From Prorocentrum cordatum (lineage: Eukaryota): a stretch of DNA of 64,000 nt. The stretch lies in NCBI GenBank assembly GCA_963575745.1, contig CAUYUJ010000314.1, positions 496,001 through 560,000 on the forward strand, in the 5' to 3' direction. Below the pieces are notes generated by a model. The model saw only the letters and a list, made by a program, of their open reading frames with translations, was not told where the DNA came from and made no database searches. A program made the position numbers and the translations under genes. Numbering within the stretch: the first letter of the stretch is position 1; each line of letters opens with the position of its first letter. Shown piece after piece: positions 52,801 through 64,000 of this stretch.

Positions 52801-54462
52801 GAAAAACAAGCATCTCGCTTGAGACATCCTCAAAAATAATCCCGCCGGCCCTAGGCGATCTCCTTCTGTATCGCAGAATAATTCCGCTGGCCCTACAGCC
52901 GTCGATTCCGGGGGTAAACCTCTAAAAGAGAACCCTGGGCCCCTGCCTTTTCTGGGAAACATGATCGACCCACGAACCCGGAAAGGAATATAGAAATGTA
53001 AGGCATGGCAACGTTTCCAAGACATTTAATTGGACGACGGGCAAATGCAATGCTGAATGTATCGATTTTGATGTACTGTGCCGAGGGCTGTGCTGTGCTA
53101 CGCCGCGCTGATCTGCGATGTGCCATGCCGCGATTGTGCTCTATATAGCGTTGTGGATCGAGTCCTCCGTGGCATCCCAGTCCTGCCCGAACTGAACTGG
53201 ATCTTAAGCTCGAGCTGCCTGAGCAGATGGTAGCTGCCCAAGAGCTAATCGACAGAGGGGACATGCCAGGAGGACGTGCCGCGAAACGTCCCAAGGGACG
53301 CGCCAGGCGACGTGCCAGGGGACGTGCCATGGGGACGCACCGCGGGACGTGCCAAGGGGACGCGCTACGGAACGTGCCAATGGACTTGCCGCGGGACGTG
53401 CCAGGGGACGCGCCGCGCGACGTGCCAGGTGGACTCGCCACGGAACGCGCCAAGTAGCGTGCCAAGGTGCAACGTTGAATGTATCGATCTTGATGTACCG
53501 TGCTGAAGGCTGTGCTGTGCTGGGCCGTGTTGAACTGCGATGTGCCATGCCGCGATTGTGCTCTATATAGCGTTGTGGATCGAGTCCTCGTTGCATCCGA
53601 GTCCTGACCGAACTGATCTGGATCGTAAGCTCGAGTTGCCTGAGCAGATGGTAGCTGCCCCAGAACTAATCGACAGGGGGGCATGCCAGGAGGACGCGCC
53701 GCGGAACGTCCCAAAGGACGCGCCAGGCGACGTGCCAGGGGACGTGCCATGGGGACGCACCGCGGGACGTGCCAAGGGGACGCGCTACGGAACTTGCCAA
53801 TAGACGTGCACCGCGCGACGTGCCAGGTGGACTCGCCACGGGACGCTCCACGGAACGTGCCAGGCAACATGCCAGTTACGGGTATCGATACTGATGTACC
53901 GTGCCGAGGGCTATGCTGTGCCTGGGCGACCTGGACACGTGAAAACACGCGTTTCGCTCAAGACGTTCTTAGCACATCCTCATGCTAGACATCTGCCTGG
54001 TGCAAACAAGCGTCTCGATCGAGACTTCCTCGACACATTCTCATGCTAGACATCTGCCTGGGCGACCTGGACACGTGAAACCAAGTGTCTCGCTCGAGAC
54101 ATCCTCAACAAATCCTCATGCTAGACATCTGTCTGGGCAACCTGGAGGCGTAAAACCAAGCGTCTCGCTCGAGACATCCTCGAGACCTGGGCACGTGAAA
54201 AGAAGCATTTCACTTCAGAGATCCTCTGAATTCTGGTCCACAGGAGAGGACAATCGACAACACAAAACAAGCGTTTCGCTCGAGACATCCTCAACAAATT
54301 CTGAAAAACAAGCGCGTCGCTCGAGACATCGACAAAAAAAAGTCGCCGGCCCTACGCGACCTCGTTATTTATCGCAAAATTATTTCGCCAGCCCTGCAGC
54401 CGTCAGAACCGGGGGTAAGCACACTAAAAGAGAACCTTGGGCCCGAGCCCTTTTACGGGAAA
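46805..54462. mobile_element. Three head-to-tail copies of a satellite-bearing element inserted in the LINE
   Basis: One end (GACCCACGA.CCCGGAAAGGAATATAGAAATGTAA) at ~46806, 50693 and 52963; the other end (CTAAAAGAGAACC.TGGGCCC...GGGAAA) at ~50651, 52922 and 54424; internal ~420-bp GACGTGCCA-rich repeats. Confidence 0.7.
47752..49305 (-). mobile_element. Helentron-associated (DINE/HINE-like) non-autonomous element with an internal 89-bp satellite
   Basis: Subterminal inverted CCCAACCAT/ATGGTTGGG, (GAT)n/(GAG)n tract and 89-bp tandem units; splits a host A-run with no TSD; shares both ends with 55523-57868. Confidence 0.65.
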
Positions 54463-54464
54463 AA

Positions 54465-55520
54465 TCAACAACACGCGAGCTTACAATGACCACCAAAAAC
54501 TTAACTTTCAACAGCACTATTTACCTTACTACCAGCAAGCGCTGCGCGAACACATCCAACAAGTCATCATCGACGCCGCTGCCGCCAGCATTGACGCGTT
54601 AGAACCAGCACCCCCAAGCAATTCACAAGCAAACAAACAAACCGATCAAGGACTTAAACGGTTGAACCTTTTTTTGCACAGCGACACCAGACGCCCAAAG
54701 ACGATCACCACCCACGTAAACCATTGAGCAATCTCATACAGCAAGATACTCGTACACAGACGCGGGCGACACGACGGGCCCATCTAGCAAACCTACATGA
54801 GCAGGTTGAAGATTTGAAGATCATCCACGTATCAGAACCACGACGGAATCGAAGTCTCATTACCCACATGACAGGCAAAGTGGGTTACAAATGCACGACA
54901 CGACAAGAAAGCGTGGGCGCTGTTGCGGACTTCTACCAGCAGTAGTACAATTCGGCATTAGACAGGACGCAGCGACGCCCACCGACCAGCAGGCCCGACC
55001 AGTTGACAGACCAGCAGACCGACCAGCAGAACAGCAGACCGACTACCGACAACCGACCAGCAGACCCTCCGACTACTACAGCGACCAAACGACGACCACA
55101 CCGACGACTGACCAGCTCACCGACCAGCGGACCGACGAGCAGACCAGCAGACCGACCACCGACCGCCAACGAGCAGTCCAGCAGGCCGACAACTGGCCAC
55201 CGACCAGCAGACCCACCGACTACCATTTTTCACACTGACAGGGCCAAACAATGCGGTCAAACGTCTCCGGCTCGGCAAAGCCCCCAACATCACAGGCTTC
55301 CGCGCAGAAATGCTTAAGGAGGGCACACTTGAACTCAGATGTGCACTTTTCCACCTGCGCAATGCGATCCTGCACGCAGCGCCCCGCCGCCAGCCAGCTG
55401 GAAGAGCACAGTCGCCACAGAAACCCCCAAGTGTGGAAGTTTCACACTTCAACAAAACCCCCGCCCCATTTGCACGATACCATTGTTGTGCAGGCTGCGC
55501 GCTGAATTAGCCGACTAAAA
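54465..55520 (+). pseudogene. Decayed LINE ORF2 linker and RT N-terminal region
   Basis: GKAPNITGFRAEMLKEG (~55274-55324) resembles the K(A/S)PG.DG...E motif preceding non-LTR RT domains. Confidence 0.6.
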
Positions 55521-55522
55521 AA

Positions 55523-57868
55523 TTATCCTGGCGAAGGACCCAACCATACGCAGTTGTGGATACCGCAATTGTGAATATCTTCTTCGGTGGTGCCCACGAA
55601 CCGTATGAGGGGCGTGCCAAAATGTGGCGGGGCACACAACACGAAGGAAAACGATTGGTCTAATTACGAGAGACTGAGCGCGGGTGAATCTGAGCGCGAG
55701 TGAGTCTAAGTGTGAATGAGTCTACGTGCGAGCGAATCTGTTTGCACGAATGCGATCATGGCTACGCCTCGTGTAAATGTATATGAATGTGAATGGTTCG
55801 GGTACGCCTGTCTGTGCACTCGTGACACTGTGCGTGGCCGCCGCAGAAAGCTTTCGCGGAAACCCCAGCGGCAGCGCCCGCACGCCGCGACACCCATGTC
55901 GGCACGCCCCTCACGAGGATCGCGCCCGCTTCGTTCCCTTCTTTTCCGCCTCCTTTGCCCGCGCACTCCAGAGTCCAAAGCTGCGGGTGCAGCGCGGCGC
56001 GGAGTCCCCGCGACACGCGCCGGTCGCCCCGGAAGCGTCCCAGAGACGCGCGCGGGTCGTCCGCTGCGCGGAGCAAAGAAGGCTAGCTGGCGATCTAGCT
56101 GGCTGGCTGATAGCGGGCAAGGCTCTGACCGCAAGGCAGAGCGACGACGGGCGAGCGAGGCGCAGGGAAGAACGCAGCACGGAGTTCCCGCGACGCGCGC
56201 TGGTCGCCCCAGGAGGGTTCCAGCGACGTGCGCGGGTCGTCCGCGGCGCGAGGCCAAACAATTAGTTGCGCAGTCGAGAGAAGGCCACTCCTCCACCGCT
56301 CGTTTAAAGCGACCACAGCGAGAACACCGGAAAGACCTTCGCTGGTGGAATGGAATCTCCCGCGAATGCAAAGCAACATACATACGGGGGGGAGCAGGCC
56401 TCCTTCTCCTCCTCCTCCTCCGCCTCCTCCTCTCTCCCCAGAGGTCTGGAGTTGTTTCCTGAAACCTGGAGTGTGGCGGACGCATGGTGGCGGTGGCAGT
56501 GGCGCCTTCGGTGGAGCCCCCTTATGGGGCCAGGAAACGTGTGAGGGGTGTGCCGAAATTCGTGTGGGGGACGCACGCGGGCGGTGGCACTGGGGCCTTC
56601 GGTGGAGCTCCCTACGGGGCCACGAAGCGTGTGAAGGGTGTGCCGACATGTGTGTGGGGGACGCATGCGGGCGTTGGCACTGGGGCCTTCGGTGGAGCTC
56701 CCTATGGGGCCACGAAACGTATGGGGGGTGTGCCGAAATCGGTGTGGGGGACGCACGCGGGCGGTGGCACTGAGGCCTTCGGTGGAGCTTCCCACGGGGC
56801 CACGAAAAGTGTGAGGGGTGCGCCGAAATGGGTGTGAGGGACGCATGCGGGCGGTGGCACCGGGGCCTTCGGTGGAGCTCCCTATGGAGCCACGAAACGT
56901 GTGAGGGGTGTGCCGAAATGGACGTCGGGGACGCATGCGGGCGTTGGCACTGGGGCTTTCGGTGGAGTTCCCTGTGGGGCCACGAAAATTGTGAGAGGTG
57001 TGCCGAAATGGGCGTGGGGGACGCATGCGGGCGGTGGCACTGGGGCCTTCGGTGGAACTCCATATGTGGCCACGAAACGTGTGAAGGGTGTGCCGACATG
57101 GGTATGTGGGGGGGCGCATGCGGGCCGTGGCATTGGGGCGTTCGGTGGAGCTCCATATGGGGCCACGAAACGTGTGAGGGGTGTGCCGACATGGGTGCGG
57201 GGGACGCATGCGGGAGGTGGCACTGGGGCCTTCGGTGGGACTCCTGATGATGCCACGAAACGTGTGAGGGGTGTGACGAAGTGGGTGTGGGGGACGCATG
57301 CGGGCGGTGGCACTGGGGCCTTCGGTGGAACCCCCTTATGTGGCCACGAAACGTGTGAGGGGTGTGCCGAAATGGGTGTGTGGGGGAGGCATGCGAGCGG
57401 TGGCACGAGGGCCTTCGGTGGAGCTTTATGGGGCCACGAAATTTGTGAGGGATGTGCCGAAATGGGTGTGGGGGACGCATGCGGGCGGTGGCACTGGGGC
57501 CTTCGGTGGAGCTCCGTATGGGGTCACGAAACGTGTGAGGGATGTGCCGACATGTGTGTGGGGGACGCATGCGGGCGGTGACACTGGGGCCTTCGGTGGA
57601 GTTCCCTATGGGGCCACGAAACGTGTGAGGGGTATGCCGACATGGGTGATGATGTTGGTGATGATGACGGCCGTGATGATGTTGATGATGACGATGATGA
57701 CGATGATGATGATGATGCCGCTGATGGTAATGGTGATGATCAGGATGATGATGATGACGATGATGATGACGGGAAGAGAGGAGAAAGGGGGAGCAGGAGG
57801 AGGAGGAGGAGAGGAACGTGGGGCGACGTCTTTTCAAAACGAGGACCCAACACCACAGGATGGTTGGA
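55523..57868 (-). mobile_element. Second DINE/HINE-like element with a ~90-bp internal satellite
   Basis: Same termini as 47752-49305 (TATCCTGGCGAAGG.CCCAACCATACGCA ... TTCAAAACGAGGACCCAACACCACAGGATGGTTGG); flanked by A-runs. Confidence 0.65.
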
Positions 57869-58751
57869 AATAACAGGCTACGACCAAAACTTGGCACCGC
57901 CGACACGGTGGACTTCAGACCAGGCCTTTCGCCCATAGACCACTGTTTCATTCAAACCAATTACGTGAGCGGGCATACGAATAATACCAACGTCTATGGA
58001 TCGCGGCATTCGACTTCAAAAAAGTTGTCGTTGCAGTTGGGCACAAGAGCATATCGGCAGCACTGAAAGCACAAGGCTTACAACCTGGATACATTGCAGT
58101 ACTTCTGCAGCTCTGCGATGGACAGAAAGCTACGGTGAATACAGACGTCCACAGCAGGCCTTTCAGCCTTCTGTGGGGACGAAGCAGGACAACCCACTTA
58201 GCTCCCTACTTGACAACGCTCTTCTACAATACGCTCTTCGCCCGGTGATTTCTGATCAGCGGAAAATGACGGATTTAAATTGGGATACGCGGGTACCGCC
58301 ACGCTTACCAACTTACGTTTCGCCGACGACGTGCTTCTGACCAGCCAAACTCTCCTGAGACTGATAACGATAATCGATGACACTGCGCGCGCAGCAGAGC
58401 CGCACGGGCTCGAACTACACCAGAGCAAATGGAAATATTCAGCAACCAGACGAGAAGGACGGGGACGGCGAGCTCAGGCACAACGCGCGTCTAAGAGATG
58501 AATATAGACATCATTATTATAGTTTCGAGGGCGGTCTCACATACCTCAGCCACTTGACCCGTATCCACGAGCCGATGGACACGGAATCTCACCGCGCGAG
58601 AGCAGCACTGGCACCGTTCATTTTCGCAAATAAAAGTTGACCAGCAAGTGCTACCTTCTGGCTCACCGATTGCGGCTATTCAACACCATTCTAATCTTTA
58701 CAATATTATACAAAGCAGGGGCGTGGACGGTCACAGAGTCCTTCTAGCAGG

Positions 58752-59325
58752 ATTGCGAAGGCCTTACGGCCGGTGCCACCGACCCTGAATGGCGACGACG
58801 ACGACGACGACGAGCGCTCTTGGGGGCCTCTTGGGGGTAGTTTGTGGGCCTCTTGGGAAGGTCTTAAGGGCCGCTTGGAAGCCTCGTGGGGGCCTCTTGG
58901 GGCTTCCTGGGGGTCTCTTGGAGGGGGCCTGGGACGTCTTGGAGGCTTCTTGGACGGTCTTGGGGCTGTCTGGGGCGTTTGCGGCAGATCTTTGGGCGAT
59001 TCGGGGCCTTCTTGGGCCGTCTCGGGGGCCATATTGGGCATTCGGACCTCATTTGGAGTGTTTTCGAGGTTTCTAGGCCGCCCGAGGAAAAACGAATCTG
59101 CCCCCCCAACCCCCCCCCCGGGACCCCCCCCCCCCCCCCCCCCCTGGGGAAGGGATCAAAGGGAAGGGGCTTCCCTTCGACTCGATTACGACACTGCTGG
59201 ATTTTTCTCTCTCGCTCACGAGCTTGAGAAGGAAGCTGCAGGGAAAGGGGACGACGGAGGCGACGACCGACGGAGACGACGACTCGAACAGCCAAGCCCC
59301 TCGCACACGCCGACAGGGTCGGCGG
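58752..59325 (-). mobile_element. Short interspersed element, copy A
   Basis: Inverted homologue of 59615-60164; interrupts the LINE reading frame. Confidence 0.7.
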
Positions 59326-59614
59326 ATTTACGATTAACACAGCGACGCATGCTTGGCATGATCACCAGAACGCCGCGGCGACGCACAACACAACAAGCAG
59401 ATTTTCACAGCAGCCAGAGACCCAGTACATTCGACAGCACAAACAACGAGACACCAGACAACGACCACAGCACCAGCAGCACTAGCGACGACACAGAGAG
59501 CAACCCAGTTCAGCGAGAAACAACAATCATGCCCGACATGCGCAGCGAGAGCGGCGAAGACAGCACAATTGCAGACCTGTGGGAACCATGGGTCGAATAC
59601 ATTCAGCGAGCGGC

Positions 59615-60089
59615 CGTCGTCCCCTTTCCCTGCAGCTTCCTTCTCAAGCTCGTGAGCGAGAGAAAAATCGAGCAGTGTCGTAATCGAGTCGAAGGGAAGC
59701 CCCTTCCCTTTGATCCCTTCCCCAGGGGGGGGGGTCCCGGGGGGGGTCCCGGGGGGGGTCCCGGGGGGGGTCCCGTCCCGGGGGGGTCCCGGGGGGGGGG
59801 GGGGCAGATTCGTTTTTCCTCGGGCGGCCTAGAAACTCGAAAACACTCCAAATGAGGTCCGAATGCCCAAGATGGCCCCCGAGACGGCCCAAGAGGGCCC
59901 CGAGTCGCCCAAAGATCGGCCGAAAACGCCCAAGATAGCCCCAAGACCGTCCAAGAAGCCTCCAAGACGTCCCAGGCCCCCTCCAAGAGACCCCCAGGAA
60001 GCCCCAAGAGGCCCCCACGAGGCTTCCAAGCGGCCCCTAAGACCTTCCCAAGAGGCCCACAAACTACCCCCAAGAGGCCCCCAAGAGCG

Positions 60090-60126
<37 letters not shown>

Positions 60127-60164
60127 TTCAGGGTCGGCGGCACCGGCCGTAAGGCCTTCGCAAT
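59615..60164 (+). mobile_element. Short interspersed element, copy B, with a 16-19 bp TSD
   Basis: AATACATTCAGCGAGCGGC at 59596-59614 and 60162-60180. Confidence 0.85.
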
Positions 60165-62253
60165 ACATTCAGCGAGCGGCACGACGAGTCGATCGCCTTA
60201 TGAAGCTTCACGGCATCGACAATTGAGTGACGAAACACATGCGAAAAGTATGGCGCATGGCTTCAACAGTCGCAAACTACGACTTTAGCAACCAGACATC
60301 AACAGACGCAAGCAGGGACAGAGGCACAACGAAAGCGGTGGGACGACGAAACGAATACCTACGCACGCCAACGCGACCCTCCGCCGATCACCCAGACATA
60401 CCCAATCGAGAGGACAACCAAACAGCATCACATGGACGCAAACAGCCGCAGATACCGAAGCATGGGCGGCGCTCAAGCATCACTATTCAGACCTCACACC
60501 AGCAAGCACCCAGGACCAATGACCCACAAGTGAACACCAAGAGAAAATCGAGACGACACGCCCAGTCCGCGCCGACACCGTCCTCTTTGTCCTGCCCCTC
60601 TCCTCCTAACATTGTATGTGCTTCGCGTTGCATGCATCCGGACAAGCCGGATTCTCGAGGCCGCTTGGTCTGAGCTAGCCCTGGATTTGGTCCACAACGG
60701 CGGTTGCATCCCATCGCTTCGCATACTCTTCCGTTCCGCTCATTGTGACAGTTGACCATTGCCGCAAGCGGCAGGGCGAAACACATCCCTTATATTAGCT
60801 CTCAAATTCGCCAGTCGGCCATATGCGGATGCCAACAGAGGTGGCTTCGCACCCAATGACCGCTGCAAGTTGTCCTTGTCGATAGCCAGATTGCCAATGG
60901 CTCTAGTCTGGGACTCGTTCTCCATTCCCTTCCAGCGGCGAGAGAGGGAGAGAGGAACAGCAACATAGCAAAATAACCACAAAGCAGGAGGAGACGGAGG
61001 AGGGAGGAGCAGCACAGAGCAGTGGCTCTATCAAAGCACCTCCATAACACCCTTGCGCCTGTAAATCTTGGCTCCTGCTCAAACGAGAAGCGACGACAAT
61101 GACGTCCGTGGGGAGTATTCCATCTTCGTCCGTCCTCTGCGCAGATCGGACAATGTTGCCACGGCGCATGCATTGTGGCTGCCCAGAGGCTGGATCAGCT
61201 CGGAGAGAAGCATCTCGGAGGGCTGTTGGGCACGGAGGACCGCAGCAACACCGAGGAGGAACCCGCCAAGGAATGCGTGGCCATGCAGGCCAACAGGACG
61301 AGGTTGATGATGGAGGAGCCCGAGAGGGGGGAGGGGCGGGAAGGGGGGGTGCGCAAAGAGGGGAGGTAGACCGAGGGAGGGGGGGAAGGAAGGGGGAGGA
61401 GGGCAAGAGGAGGAGGAGGAGGAGGAGGAGGAGGAGTTCCTCTTCCTCCTCGTCCTCCTCCTCCTCCTCCTCCTCCTCCTTCTCCTCCTCCTACTCATCC
61501 TCATCCTCATCCTCATCATCATCCTCCTTTCCTCGTCCTCCTCGTCCTCGTCCTCCTCCTCCTCCTCTTCTTCCCCCTCCTCCTCCGCCTTCTCCTATTT
61601 GTCAGGGGGGGACGGGAGTGGGGGAAGGGAGGAGGAGGTTGTTCTTGAGCATCGATCCTGCGACGAGCTCTCATCTCGCCAGGGCCGTTGAAGTCCACGG
61701 GTTGGCGTGCCCTTGCTGCCACGACGCGATTGTGTCACGACGTGGGCATCGGAGCTTCCCACCGCATCCGCGGGGCCAGCTGCGTGCCACGGGAACGTTT
61801 TTAGATTTGTTCTTGGGTGCGAAAACGGCTCTGGACGCCAAAATCGCGGATTATACCTTGTATGTCGTTTACCGGGGCTTCAGCGAGCGGGGAAATGTTT
61901 TTTTGTCCTCCTCCTCCTCCTCCTCCTCCTCCTCCTCCTCCTCCTCCTCCTCCTCCTCCTCCTCCTCCTCCTCCTCTTACTCCTCATACCTGTGAGCTCT
62001 TCCTTCTTGCCCTCCCCTTCCGTCCTCTTCATGCATTCAACAGGCTTACGCCATCCCGCCGACACCCAGACGAAGTGAGGAGCCCTCGAAAATTTCTGGG
62101 GCGCGTCATGGTGCGCAACGTTCTCCCGCATGTGCATCCAGAGTGAGCTAACAGATGTTTGGCACGGGGACAGCCAATCCTCTCGCGCGAGTCTGCAGTC
62201 CTGGCCAGCGGACGTCGGCGAATTCGGACAATGCAGGGCGAGAAGGGTTAGGA

Positions 62254-62449
62254 TTAAGTCGGGCCTGTCCCCCTACAGGGGAGTTTTTTACGAAAAGTAG
62301 GAAATACCCCCAACAAAATCAAAAAAAATGTCCAAAAATAGTCTGGGGACCATTTTTAGAGTATGTGTTGACTTTTGGGGGGGTATTCTTGGGGTATTTT
62401 TTTAATTTTCCGTCGAAAATTCCCCTGTAAGGGGACACGCCCGACATAA
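62254..62449. mobile_element. ~200-bp foldback MITE-like element
   Basis: TTAAGTCGGGCCTGTCCCCCTACAGGGGAG...TTCCCCTGTAAGGGGACACGCCCGACATAA inverted ends; the interior is also partly palindromic. Confidence 0.7.
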
Positions 62450-62870
62450 GCCCAGCACTGGGAGACTTGGCTCAGGCCCTCTAGGTCCTGATCGAACTTC
62501 GCGCTTCGCGGCACAGGCCAGAAAAGCCGTCCTAGTCGCGCTTCGCGTGGCACGAAGCGAGGCCTACGGCAGCGACGACGACGACGACGACGAGGCCTGC
62601 GGGAGGCGGCCATAGTCGCCAACCGAAGCGGGACATTGCCTTCCGCCGCCGCCCCATCGTGGCCGCTCCAAGAGCCCCCCATCCATCAGTGGGCTTCTGG
62701 AGCGCTCAGCCCTGAGATTCGTATGCATTTCGCGCCGTGGGCTGCTCTTTGCGGACCCCCAGGCCAGAAGCAGGCCCCACAGAGCATGGCATCGCTCGGG
62801 CGTGCGCATGTTTTCTTGGCGAGGACCCTCGAGGAGCATCTTGGATCATCTTGCGGGAAGGCAAGGGGGG

Positions 62871-62924
<54 letters not shown>

Positions 62925-63269
62925 CATTTTAAGACTGTTCGCCCTTATCTGCTCGAGTGTCCAATAACGCGTATTTCCCAAACCCTCGATACCCGCCCTC
63001 TCCGTCTTCGATCGAACCCCTTTTGGGGGGTATACCTTTCTTCCCTGCAGGCCGGGCCCAGGCAAGCGGCGGGGCGGCCGCGGACCGTCGGCCTGGCCAG
63101 CGGCAGCGCTGATCGGCGGGGCGGCCGCGGACCGTCGACCCGACCCCCAGAGGGACGGACAGGGGACCGACCACGACGAGGACGACGACGACGACGACGT
63201 CCACGACGACGGCGACGACGACGACGACGACGGCGACGAGCGAAAGCGAGAGCGAGAGAGAACGACAGC

Positions 63270-64000
63270 AGAGCCACGAAGGACACGAAGTAGGCCACGA
63301 AAGGCGACAGCGGGGACACGAAGGGAATGCGTATGGGGCCACGAAGAGCGCGAACGAGCGGGGGCCACGAAAGGCAGATAATGCGGGGCCACAGAAGGCA
63401 ACGATGGGGCCACTGAAGGTAGCAAATTGGGCCACGTAGGACAGTGAGGGGGCCACACACGGCGACAGCGGGGCCACGAAGGGCATGCACATGGGGCAAC
63501 CACGGGCGCGAACGAGCGGGGGCCACGAAGGGCATACATATATGGGGCCACGAAGGGCAGCGAGGGGGCCACGAAGGGCCGCAACGAGGCCACGAAGGGC
63601 AGCGAGGGGGCCACGAAGGGTTGCAACGGGGCCACGAAGGGCTGCAACGGGGCCACGAAGGGCAGCAACGGCGACAACGGGGCCACGAAGGGCATGCACA
63701 TGGGGCCAAAACCGGCGCGAACGAGCGGGGGCCACGAAGGGCATACGTATATTGGGCCGCGGAGGGCAAGAACGGGGCCACTGACGGCAGCAACGGGGCC
63801 ACGAAGGGCAGCGAGGGGGCCACGAAGGGCGACAGCGGGGCCACGAAGGGCATGCATATGGGGCAACCACGGGCGCGAACGAACGGGGGCCACGAAGGGC
63901 ATACATATATGGGGCCACGAAGGGCAGCGAGGGGGCCACGAAGGGCCGCAACGGGGCCACGAGGGGCAGCGAAGGGGCCACGAAGGGCTGCAGCGGGGCC
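63270..64000. repeat. ~21-bp satellite (GGGGCCACGAAGGGC...), runs off the window end
   Basis: Direct inspection. Confidence 0.92.

Larger units (their letters stand above)
57870..60540 (+). pseudogene. Decayed non-LTR reverse transcriptase and C-terminus (RTE-like), interrupted by two insertions
   Basis: FRPG..PIDH, WIAAFDFKK, GTKQDNPLS (QGDPLS-like), LTNLRFADDVLL (FADD at 58319-58330), RLRLFN, TQRRML and EPWVEYIQR; 3' end approximate. Confidence 0.85.

Noticed and set aside
56095..57951. 618-aa His/Pro-rich ORF (and ORFs at 62706-63981, 47500-54000, 13384-16144)
   Set aside because: Translations of tandem satellites.

Overview
Repeat-dominated eukaryotic genomic DNA, almost certainly from a dinoflagellate: a perfect dinoflagellate spliced leader (DinoSL, TCCGTAGCCATTTTGGCTCAAG) lies at 5106-5127, with three more SL relics elsewhere. 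Most ORFs in the track are artefacts of satellites and microsatellites. The main real content is: (1) an intact, intronless PKD2/polycystin-type channel retrogene (CDS 10278-12767) with SL relic, A-rich tail and target-site duplication, inserted in a 376-bp satellite; (2) a 7.0-kb DNA transposon (29914-36945) with 35-bp terminal inverted repeats, inserted in a (CTA)n microsatellite and carrying three co-oriented intronless genes: a Merlin/IS1595-like transposase with zinc knuckle, a CRESS-Rep-like superfamily 3 helicase, and an unknown possibly HhH-fold protein. The transposase and helicase genes are each preceded by a DinoSL relic. This is the best candidate for an undescribed system; (3) a 2.15-kb head-to-tail repeat with an origin-like palindrome; (4) a decayed APE-RT LINE (~45920-60540) split by nested Helentron-like, satellite-bearing and SINE-like insertions; (5) several non-autonomous Helitron-like elements and long (CTA)n tracts. 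All protein calls are by-eye motif recognition; no searches were run.
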